Source: Burkholderiales bacterium (GTDB taxonomy: Bacteria; Pseudomonadota; Gammaproteobacteria; Burkholderiales; SG8-39). Taken from it: a stretch of DNA of 62,833 nt. The stretch lies in assembly GCA_040902335.1 (NCBI GenBank), contig JBBDXL010000194.1, positions 1 through 62,833 on the forward strand, written 5' to 3'. Below the pieces are notes generated by a model. It had not been told where the DNA came from. It was given only the letters and a program-made list of their open reading frames with translations, and did no database searches. This document shows, piece after piece, positions 56,516 to 62,833 of the stretch. The position numbers and the translations under genes are program-made. The stretch's first letter is position 1. Each line of letters opens with the position of its first letter.

Positions 56516-58282
56516 ATGGACGACGCGGAGTTCGACGCGAAGCGCTTCGTCGCCGGCCTGCCCAACCTGCCCGGCGTGTACCGCATGCTCGGCGCCGGCA
56601 GCGAGGCCCTGTACGTCGGCAAGGCGCGCGATCTCAGGAAGCGCGTCGCTTCCTATCTGCAGAAGAATGCGGGCAGTCCCCGCATCCGCATGATGCTCTC
56701 GCAGCTCGCGCGCATCGAGGTCACCGTGACGCGCTCCGAGGACGAGGCGCTGCTGCTCGAGAACAATCTCATCAAGAGCCTGGCGCCGCGCTACAACATC
56801 GTGTTCCGCGACGACAAGTCGTATCCGTACCTGATGATCACGGCGCACCGCTTCCCGCGGCTGGGTTTTCACCGCGGCGCGCGCGATGCGCGCAACCGCT
56901 ACTTCGGGCCGTTTCCGCACGCCTATGCCGTGCGCGAGAGCATCCAGCTGCTGCAGCGCGTGTTTCGCCTGCGCACCTGCGAAGATACGGTGTTCGAGAA
57001 TCGCTCCCGCCCGTGCCTGCTGCACCAGATCCGGCGCTGCACGGCGCCGTGCACCGGGCTGATCGGGGAGGGCGACTACGCCGAGGACGTGGAGCACGCG
57101 ACGCTGTTCCTGCGGGGGCGCGAGGACGACGTGGTGCAGACGCTGACCGGTAGGATGGAGGCGGCCGCCGCCGCGCGGCACTACGAGCAGGCGGCGATAT
57201 TCCGCGACCAGGTGCGAGCCCTGTCGCGCGTGCAGGCGCGTCAGTATGTGGAATCGAACCGCGGCGTCGACGCCGACGTCGTCGTCTGCCACGCGCAAGG
57301 CGCGGCGGTATGCGTCAATCTGGCGATGATCCGCAGCGGCCGCCACGTCGGCGACCGCAGCTTCTTTCCGTCGAACGCCGATGCGGCCGCGCCCGCCGAG
57401 GTACTGCAGGCATTTCTGGAGCAGCACTACGTCGAGCAGCCCAAGCCGCCGCTGGTGCTGGTCAGCCATGCCGTGGAGTTCGACGCCCTGGTGCCGACGC
57501 AGGGCGAGCGCCGCGTGTGGCTGGAAATGGCGCTGACGAACGCGCAGCTGGCGCTGCAGCAGCGCGTACGTGAGAAAAGCGCGCAGGAGGCGCGCCTGGC
57601 GGCGCTGCGCGAGGCGCTGCATCTTCCCGAATCAGTGCAACGAATCGAATGCTTCGATGTCAGCCATACCATGGGCGAGGCGACAGTGGCATCCTGCGTG
57701 GTGTATGACCGGCACGCGATGCAGAAGGGAGAGTACCGCCGCTTTAACGTGCGCGACGCGGCGCCGGGTGACGACTACGCGGCGATGCGGCAGGTGCTGG
57801 CGCGCCGCTACGAGCGGGTGAGCGCTCAGGGCGGCAAGGTGCCCGACCTGGTGCTGGTGGACGGGGGCAAGGGCCACGCCGGCGTCGCGCGCGCGGTGCT
57901 CGCCGAGCTCGGCATGAACGATGTGTGCGTCGTGGGCGTCGCCAAGGGGCCGGAGCGCAAGCCCGGCCTCGAGGAGCTGGTGATCGAGGCGGACGGCGCA
58001 GCGCTCAGCCTGCCCCCGACGCACGCGGGGCTGCACCTCGTGCAGCAGATCCGCGACGAGGCGCATCGCTTCGCGATCGTCGGCCATCGGGCGCAGCGCG
58101 CCAGGACGCGAACCGCCTCGGCATTGACGCAGATTCCAGGCATCGGCGCGCAGCGCCGCCAGCGGCTGCTCGCCCATTTTGGCGGGCTGCGGGAGGTGCA
58201 GGCGGCGGCGGTGGACGAGCTCATGCAAGTCGCGGGCATCAGCCGGCCGCTCGCGGAACGCATCCACAAGGCGCTGCACTGA
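56516..58282 (+). CDS. uvrC: Excinuclease ABC subunit C
   Basis: GIY-YIG N-terminus (PGVYRML…ALYVGKARDLRKRV), UVR domain (…HYEQAAIFRDQV…), C-terminal HhH. Confidence 0.95.
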   Translation: MDDAEFDAKRFVAGLPNLPGVYRMLGAGSEALYVGKARDLRKRVASYLQKNAGSPRIRMMLSQLARIEVTVTRSEDEALLLENNLIKSLAPRYNIVFRDDKSYPYLMITAHRFPRLGFHRGARDARNRYFGPFPHAYAVRESIQLLQRVFRLRTCEDTVFENRSRPCLLHQIRRCTAPCTGLIGEGDYAEDVEHATLFLRGREDDVVQTLTGRMEAAAAARHYEQAAIFRDQVRALSRVQARQYVESNRGVDADVVVCHAQGAAVCVNLAMIRSGRHVGDRSFFPSNADAAAPAEVLQAFLEQHYVEQPKPPLVLVSHAVEFDALVPTQGERRVWLEMALTNAQLALQQRVREKSAQEARLAALREALHLPESVQRIECFDVSHTMGEATVASCVVYDRHAMQKGEYRRFNVRDAAPGDDYAAMRQVLARRYERVSAQGGKVPDLVLVDGGKGHAGVARAVLAELGMNDVCVVGVAKGPERKPGLEELVIEADGAALSLPPTHAGLHLVQQIRDEAHRFAIVGHRAQRARTRTASALTQIPGIGAQRRQRLLAHFGGLREVQAAAVDELMQVAGISRPLAERIHKALH

Positions 58283-58848
58283 TGCCGCTCAACCTGCCCA
58301 ACCTCATCACCTGGCTGCGCATCATCCTGATCCCGCTGTTGATCGGCGTCTACTATGTCCCTGAGGATTGGCTGTCGATGGGCACCAAGAACACCCTCGC
58401 CTGCGGCACCTTCATCGTCGCCGCGCTGAGCGACTGGCTGGACGGGTATCTGGCGCGCGCCCTCAATCAGACTTCCGCCTTCGGCGCGTTTCTCGATCCG
58501 GTGGCCGACAAGCTGATCGTGGCCGCCGCGCTCATCGTGTTGCTGCAGCTCGGCCGCGTCGAAATGATCGTCGCGCTGATCATCATCGGCCGCGAGATCG
58601 CCATCTCGGCCCTGCGCGAGTGGATGGCGAGTATCGGCAAGTCGAAGAGCGTGGCGGTGGCGTTCGTCGGCAAGCTGAAAACCGCGAGCCAGATGATCGC
58701 CATCCCGCTGCTGCTGTATCAGGACGATCTGTTCGGGATTATCAACGTCCCGTTGCTCGGCACCATCCTGATCAATGTGGCCGCGCTGCTGACCGTGATC
58801 TCCATGCTGGTCTACCTGCGCCGCGCGCTGCCCTACGCGAGTGGATGA
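58282..58848 (+). CDS. pgsA: CDP-diacylglycerol--glycerol-3-phosphate 3-phosphatidyltransferase
   Basis: ATG overlaps the uvrC stop. …NLPNLITWLRIILIP…, DWLDGYLAR…GAFLDPVADK (CDP-alcohol motif). Confidence 0.95.
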   Translation: MPLNLPNLITWLRIILIPLLIGVYYVPEDWLSMGTKNTLACGTFIVAALSDWLDGYLARALNQTSAFGAFLDPVADKLIVAAALIVLLQLGRVEMIVALIIIGREIAISALREWMASIGKSKSVAVAFVGKLKTASQMIAIPLLLYQDDLFGIINVPLLGTILINVAALLTVISMLVYLRRALPYASG

Positions 58849-58871
58849 GCTATAATTTGCGGCCCCAAGAC

Positions 58872-58947
58872 GCGGGAGTAGCTCAGTTGGTAGAGCGCAA
58901 CCTTGCCAAGGTTGAGGTCGCGAGTTCGAGACTCGTCTCCCGCTCCA
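58872..58947 (+). tRNA. tRNA-Gly (GCC)
   Basis: GCGGGAGTAGCTCAGTTGGTAGAGC…CTTGCCAAG…TTCGAGA…CTCCCGCTCCA. 76 nt, folded by hand. Confidence 0.92.
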
Positions 58948-58998
58948 GTTTAGGCTAGGGGAGGCCGGCAGGCCTTCCCTGCTTCCGATGCGTCCCCT

Positions 58999-59072
58999 GG
59001 CGGGATGGCAGAGTGGTCATGCAGCGGCCTGCAAAGCCGTGGACGCCGGTTCGATTCCGACTCCCGCCTCCA
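58999..59072 (+). tRNA. tRNA-Cys (GCA)
   Basis: GGCGGGA…GCGGC-CTGCAAA-GCCGT…TCCCGCCTCCA. 74 nt. One C·A mismatch in the T stem as I fold it. Confidence 0.85.
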
Positions 59073-59094
59073 GACTCCCCCTTTTCGTAGCGTC

Positions 59095-59181
59095 GCCCGG
59101 GTGGCGAAACTGGTAGACGCAAGGGACTTAAAATCCCTCGGCCGCAAGGCCGTGCCGGTTCGAGTCCGGCCCCGGGTACCA
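59095..59181 (+). tRNA. tRNA-Leu (TAA)
   Basis: GCCCGGGTGGCGAAACTGGTAGACGC, AGGGA-CTTAAAA-TCCCT, long variable arm GGCCGCAAGGCCGT, GGTTCGAGTCCGGC, CCA. 87 nt. Confidence 0.92.
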
Positions 59182-59183
59182 GA

Positions 59184-59603
59184 TCAGGCCGCGGCCAGCG
59201 TGAGGCGAACGCGGTTGCGGCCGAACAAGTAGGCGTAATCGCGAGATGCCGCGAGCTCCTTGGTCAGGAGCACGCCGAGGCCCCCGATCTTGCGCATCGA
59301 GACCGTGGTATCGACCACCGGATCGCTCAGGTGGGCATACGGATTGAAGGGCGGCGCCTTGTCCTCATAGAGCACCGATAGCGTGTCGTCGCCACGCGAC
59401 ACCGCAATCCAAACCGGTGCATTGCAGTCGCCGCGGTGGCCATGCTTGACGGTATTGGTGAAAAGTTCTTCGAGAACGAGGTTCAGGCGTAAATATGCCG
59501 CGCGGGGCAACCCCGATTCGGCGCAGAATGCCTCCAGAAACCGCTGCATGGGCCGCAACTGGTCGAGGCGTGCAAGAAACTGTGCTGCGCGGTCGTATGT
59601 CAC
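59184..59603 (-). CDS. RsbW/SpoIIAB-type anti-sigma-factor-like serine kinase (HATPase_c)
   Basis: N-box LVLEELFTNTVKHGH, G1-like YEDKAPPFNP, G2 KIGGLGVLLTKELA. GTG 59603 was chosen (a perfect TATAAT lies 24 nt upstream). The longer track ORF to 59750 would overlap the FecR gene start. Confidence 0.7.
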   Translation of the reverse strand: MTYDRAAQFLARLDQLRPMQRFLEAFCAESGLPRAAYLRLNLVLEELFTNTVKHGHRGDCNAPVWIAVSRGDDTLSVLYEDKAPPFNPYAHLSDPVVDTTVSMRKIGGLGVLLTKELAASRDYAYLFGRNRVRLTLAAA

Positions 59604-59661
59604 GGCTTTACCCAATGTCCTCAGGCCATTATAGAATTCTTGTAACTCAGCAGGAGGGCCT
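59604..59661. promoter_or_regulatory. Divergent control region between the RsbW-like kinase and the FecR/OmpA operon
   Basis: 58-bp AT-enriched gap. Minus-strand TATAAT (59633..59628). Imperfect dyad TTATAGAATTCTTGTAA centred on GAATTC. AGGAGGG Shine-Dalgarno 5 nt before the FecR ATG. Confidence 0.4.
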
Positions 59662-60105
59662 ATGCGCCACTTTCTTGCGGTAGCGGTACTGGCATTCGCG
59701 ATTACCGGATTCGCCCGGGCGGAGGACGTTGGCCACGTCAAGGTCGCCAAAGGGACGGTTCACGTCGAGCGCGACGGCAAGCGCCTTCCTGCTGCAGTGG
59801 GCATGGCTGTTCGCCAGTCCGATACGCTGATCACGGGCGCCGACGGCTCCGCCGGCGTCACCTTCAGCGACAACAGCCTTTTGTCCACGGGCCCGAACAG
59901 CGTGCTGGTGGTGGATCACTATACGTTCAATGCCACGACCCACGCCGGCAAGTTCGACGCATCGCTCAAGAAGGGCACGCTGGCCGTGGTGTCGGGCAAG
60001 ATGGTCAAGCAGTCGCCGGGGTCGATGCGCGTGCGTACTCCTGCAGCGATCATGGGCGTGCGCGGAACCGAATTCATGGTGCAGGTGGACGAGCCGGCAA
60101 AGTGA
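59662..60105 (+). CDS. Secreted FecR-domain protein
   Basis: Signal peptide MRHFLAVAVLAFAITGFARA. FecR-like beta-rich core (…VKVAKGTVHVERDG…VRQSDTLITGADGSAGVTFSDNS…VRGTEFMVQV). Confidence 0.75.
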   Translation: MRHFLAVAVLAFAITGFARAEDVGHVKVAKGTVHVERDGKRLPAAVGMAVRQSDTLITGADGSAGVTFSDNSLLSTGPNSVLVVDHYTFNATTHAGKFDASLKKGTLAVVSGKMVKQSPGSMRVRTPAAIMGVRGTEFMVQVDEPAK

Positions 60106-60106
60106 A

Positions 60107-60703
60107 ATGGGGGCCGTGATCGTCGCGCTTATCGGGACGCTCATGGTCCTCCTGACCCCAGATCAGGTCGGGGACGAACTGGTCGTGGTAGTGCCTTCGG
60201 CCGACGGCCACATCGGTACCGTGATCGTCGAGCGTAGCGGCAAGCAGGTGGTCTTGAACAAGGCGTACGCCGCCAGCCGCATCGTCGATGGCAACGCGCC
60301 GCGCGCGGAGCGGCTGAGCGCCGACGAAGTACGTGCCGAGTTCGACATCGTCCTGAGCACGCTGCCCGACCGCCCCAAGTCCTTCCTGGTCTATTTCCTG
60401 GAAGCCACTGACGAGTTCACCGCCGAGTCGCGCGTCGAGTTCGACCGGATCCTGGACGAGCTGCGCGGGCGCGGCGCTCCCGACGTGGTCGTCATCGGTC
60501 ACACCGATCGCGTCGGCAACACCCAATACAACGACCGGCTTTCCCTGCAGCGCGCGGAGCGCGTGCGCGACGAGCTGGTCAGGCTGGGACTCGCGGCGCG
60601 GCGCATCCGCATCACCGGGCGCGGCGAGCGCGAACCGCTAGTCGCGACTGACGACGAGATCCCCGAGCCCCGCAACCGGCGCGTCGAGATCAACGTCCGC
60701 TGA
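60107..60703 (+). CDS. Membrane-anchored OmpA_C-like peptidoglycan-binding protein
   Basis: The ATG lies 1 nt after the FecR stop. N-terminal TM. C-terminal OmpA_C motif …VVVIGHTDRVGNTQYNDRLSLQRAERVRDELV…GRGEREPL…NRRVEINV. Confidence 0.8.
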   Translation: MGAVIVALIGTLMVLLTPDQVGDELVVVVPSADGHIGTVIVERSGKQVVLNKAYAASRIVDGNAPRAERLSADEVRAEFDIVLSTLPDRPKSFLVYFLEATDEFTAESRVEFDRILDELRGRGAPDVVVIGHTDRVGNTQYNDRLSLQRAERVRDELVRLGLAARRIRITGRGEREPLVATDDEIPEPRNRRVEINVR

Positions 60704-62770
60704 CCCGTCTTCGTCCGGCGCTGCCGCCGCGGCGCCGTTCCATCGCACGCAGAGCAGGGTGAGGTCGTCCGAAGCTTCGGCCCTGCCCACGAAGCGGCCG
60801 ACGTCGGCGCGCACGGCTGCCAGCAGCTCGCTCGGGCCGACGCTCACCGGCAGCGCGTCAAGCACCGACTTCAGCCGCGCCGCGCCGTAGAGCTCGCCGG
60901 CAGTATTCATGGCCTCGGTCACTCCATCGGTGACGACGCAGATCCACTCGCCCGCAGCGAGCGCGCGATATTCGACCGGATAGGCGTAGTTCTCCATGAC
61001 GCACAGCGGGGGCCCGCCCGCGTGCACGACGCGCTCGAGGCTGCCGCCCGGGGCGCGCGCAAAGGGCGGCTCGTGGCCGGCATTGCAGAATTCGAGCATC
61101 CCCGTGCGCGCATCCAGCAGGCCGGCAAACGCGGTGATGAACAACGACTCCGGGTTCTCGCGCGACACTTCGGCGTTGGCGCGCACCATCAGCCCCCCGA
61201 CGTCGTCGACGCGGCGCGCGGCGCTCTTCAGCAGCGTCTTGGACAGCGCCATGAACAGGCTGGCCGGCAGCCCCTTCCCCGACACGTCGGCGACGATGAA
61301 GAACAGTCGCCGGGAATCCACCATGAAGCAGTCGTAGAAATCCCCCCCCACGGTGCGCGCGGGCTCCAGCAGCGCGTCGACGGTGAAGCGCGGCTCGCGG
61401 GCAAAAAGCTCGCGCGGCGCCGGCAGCAGACCCATCTGAATGCGGCGCGCCGACTCGAGCTCGCCGCTCACCTTTGCCGCCTGCTCGCGCAGCCGCCGCC
61501 GCTGCTCGTCCGCCTCGCTCAGCGCCTGCGCCAGCACGATGCCGAACACCAGCGTGGCACCGATGGCCGGCCAGGCGATGTCGAGCAGCAGGCCTTCGAG
61601 GAGAAAGCCCTCGATCCCCAGGACCGCCAGGAAAGCGATCACGACGGCGTACAAGGCGATCGAGGTGCCGGCGCCGAGCGCGGGCACCGACAGCGCGAAC
61701 ATCAGCGCCGCGGCTGCCAGCAGCCCCAACTCGAGCGCTTGCAGGGTGGCGGGTCGGCGCAGGAAATCGCCTTCGAAAATCTGCTCCAGGATCTGCGCGT
61801 GTATCTCCACCCCGGGGATGCGCTCGCCCAGCGCGGTGGTCTGGTAATCCAGCAATCCGAGCCCCGTAACGCCCACCAGCACCAGCTTGCCCCGGAGTTC
61901 CCGCGCCGCGACGCTGCCGTCCAGAACCTCTGCCGCGGAGACGAAGCGGGCCGGATCGTGCGTCCCGTAGCGGATCCAGAAGCGGCCATCGGCATGCGCA
62001 GGAATAGAGATGTCTCCGAGCCGAATTTCCACCTGGTCGCGTCCGCGCCCGATCAGCGCGAGCGGGGCACCGCTCGCCACGCGCAGCATTTCCACGCTCA
62101 GCGCCGGCACGATGACCTCGCCGATGCGGGCCACGGCAAGCGCGCGGCGAATCACATTGCTCTCCGGATCCACGCTGAGCAGGCCTCGGCCCGCGGCGGC
62201 AATGTCAATGTCGGGCAGGCTTTGCAGGTGCCCGGCAAAGCGCCGCAGGTCGAGATCGGCAGCGCCCGCAATGAGCACCGGAACCGCCGCCGGCGGGCGC
62301 TCGAAGCGGGGATCCGGGGCTTCGAGGCCTGCGATGCCCAGCACTACGGCGCGCCCTTGCACGGCGGCGGCCAGCGCGGCGTCATTGGACGGCAAGGAGC
62401 GCAGCCGCCGCGCCACGTCCGCGGAGAGCTCCTGCACCTCGCGTGCGACTTCGGCGGGCGAGAAGCGATCGGGCTCCGGGAACAGCAGGTCGACACCGAT
62501 CGCCGCCGGGCCGGCGTCCGCAATGCCGGCGAGCAGCTGCGCAACGCGCGTGCGCGGCCAGGGCCACTGGCCGTGACGCTCCAGGGCGCGCTCATCGATG
62601 GCCACGATCACCGCTGGCGCGCTCTTGCGTTCCCGCGGGAATAGCCTCTGGTAGCCGTCGAACAGGGCGTGGCGCAGTCCGAACACGAACGGCGGTTCGC
62701 CTGCGAGCAGCAGCAGCAACGCGATCACCAGCAGCAGCGGTCCGGCCCGCTTGGACCAGGCCGAACTCAC
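60638..62770 (-). CDS. CHASE2-domain membrane sensor fused to a PP2C/SpoIIE (RsbU-like) serine phosphatase
   Basis: 710 aa. N-terminal TM; CHASE2-like region (VIVAIDERALERHGQWPWPRTRVAQLL…GVDLLFPEPD…); three TM helices; coiled coil; SpoIIE motifs GGDFYD, VADVSGKG, TDGVTEA, DDLTLL. GTG start. Confidence 0.8.
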   Translation of the reverse strand: MSSAWSKRAGPLLLVIALLLLLAGEPPFVFGLRHALFDGYQRLFPRERKSAPAVIVAIDERALERHGQWPWPRTRVAQLLAGIADAGPAAIGVDLLFPEPDRFSPAEVAREVQELSADVARRLRSLPSNDAALAAAVQGRAVVLGIAGLEAPDPRFERPPAAVPVLIAGAADLDLRRFAGHLQSLPDIDIAAAGRGLLSVDPESNVIRRALAVARIGEVIVPALSVEMLRVASGAPLALIGRGRDQVEIRLGDISIPAHADGRFWIRYGTHDPARFVSAAEVLDGSVAARELRGKLVLVGVTGLGLLDYQTTALGERIPGVEIHAQILEQIFEGDFLRRPATLQALELGLLAAAALMFALSVPALGAGTSIALYAVVIAFLAVLGIEGFLLEGLLLDIAWPAIGATLVFGIVLAQALSEADEQRRRLREQAAKVSGELESARRIQMGLLPAPRELFAREPRFTVDALLEPARTVGGDFYDCFMVDSRRLFFIVADVSGKGLPASLFMALSKTLLKSAARRVDDVGGLMVRANAEVSRENPESLFITAFAGLLDARTGMLEFCNAGHEPPFARAPGGSLERVVHAGGPPLCVMENYAYPVEYRALAAGEWICVVTDGVTEAMNTAGELYGAARLKSVLDALPVSVGPSELLAAVRADVGRFVGRAEASDDLTLLCVRWNGAAAAAPDEDGSADVDLDAPVAGLGDLVVSRD

Positions 62771-62833
62771 ACGTCGATCTCCAGGCCGTCATAGGCCGCC
62801 GAGATCTGCAGCGGCTGGGTGCCGCGCGTCAGT
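62767..62833 (-). CDS. 3' end of an unidentified upstream gene, translationally coupled (GTGA) to the CHASE2-PP2C gene
   Basis: The frame is open from the window edge and ends …LTRGTQPLQISAAYDGLEIDV*. Its TGA overlaps the GTG start at 62770. Too short to identify. Confidence 0.35.
   Translation of the reverse strand, partial: LTRGTQPLQISAAYDGLEIDV

Noticed and set aside
54485-57622. Very long antisense or off-frame ORFs in the track: 1045 aa at 54485..57622(-), 847 aa at 18443..20986(-), 762 aa at 14891..17179(-), 743 aa at 31342..33573(+), 669 aa at 1501..3510(-), 610 aa at 16734..18566(-)
   Set aside because: They are Arg/Ala/Gly/His-rich low-complexity translations lying opposite or out of frame to well-recognised housekeeping genes (acpS-nagZ-efp-uvrC, kdsA-eno, acetoacetyl-CoA synthetase, rne, pyrG). 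These are typical stop-poor shadow frames of very GC-rich DNA. No recognisable motifs.
58948-58998. GC-rich hairpin (GGGAGGCC…GGCCTTCCC) in the tRNA-Gly/tRNA-Cys spacer as a possible small RNA
   Set aside because: It is short, imperfect and sits in a polycistronic tRNA spacer, where processing hairpins are common. Nothing suggests an independent gene.
59182-62833. Possibility that the right-hand cluster is a tRNA-Leu-integrated genomic island
   Set aside because: No integrase, no transposase and no direct repeat of the tRNA-Leu 3' end are visible inside the window, and the compositional shift is only mild. It is kept as a context note in a finding, not called as a mobile element.

Overview
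This is a 62.8-kb, visibly very GC-rich and gene-dense chromosomal segment. Most intergenic gaps are under 100 bp, and many genes are joined by ATGA/GTGA start-stop overlaps. Gene order looks like a betaproteobacterial (Burkholderiales/Rhodocyclales-type) core region. Content, left to right:
- DMT transporter (5'-truncated), vapBC toxin-antitoxin pair, ADP-forming acyl-CoA synthetase and a TRAP transporter (dctPQM-like).
- DUF2459 lipoprotein, etfBA, a large acyl-CoA dehydrogenase, a REP/MITE-like inverted hairpin pair, an MscS-cNMP channel, ETF-ubiquinone oxidoreductase, a thioesterase and acetoacetyl-CoA synthetase.
- pyrG-kdsA-eno-ftsB, then a SAF-domain dehydrogenase-like gene with a coupled 83-aa ORF.
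- A co-directional minus-strand array: methyltransferase, MFS, FAD oxidoreductase, class II aldolase, CMD-family protein, orphan ParA-like ATPase. Then tRNA-Asn.
- Aromatic/aspartate aminotransferase, uvrB, rne with a long leader, rluC, HAD, Rieske, sppA, TP-methylase, maf.
- yceD-rpmF-plsX-fabHDG-acpP-fabF, a YgfX-like membrane protein, rpoE-rseA-rseB-degP, a glutaredoxin-like ORF.
- lepA-lepB-DUF4845-rnc-era-recO-pdxJ-acpS-nagZ, efp, uvrC-pgsA-tRNA(Gly-Cys-Leu).
- At the right edge, a non-core cluster: an RsbW-type kinase, a FecR-like protein, an OmpA-like protein and a CHASE2-PP2C membrane phosphatase.

I saw no rRNA, CRISPR, IS/transposase, integrase or phage genes. Most of the window is ordinary housekeeping DNA. 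The best candidates for something new:
1. The CHASE2-PP2C/FecR/OmpA/RsbW envelope-signalling module next to tRNA-Leu.
2. The orphan ParA with the convergently overlapping 83-aa ORF.
3. An EF-P with a Gly-flanked Arg at the modification position.
4. A glutaredoxin-like ORF with no canonical start codon.
5. The REP/MITE-like element.

All domain calls come from reading motifs by eye. No searches were run.
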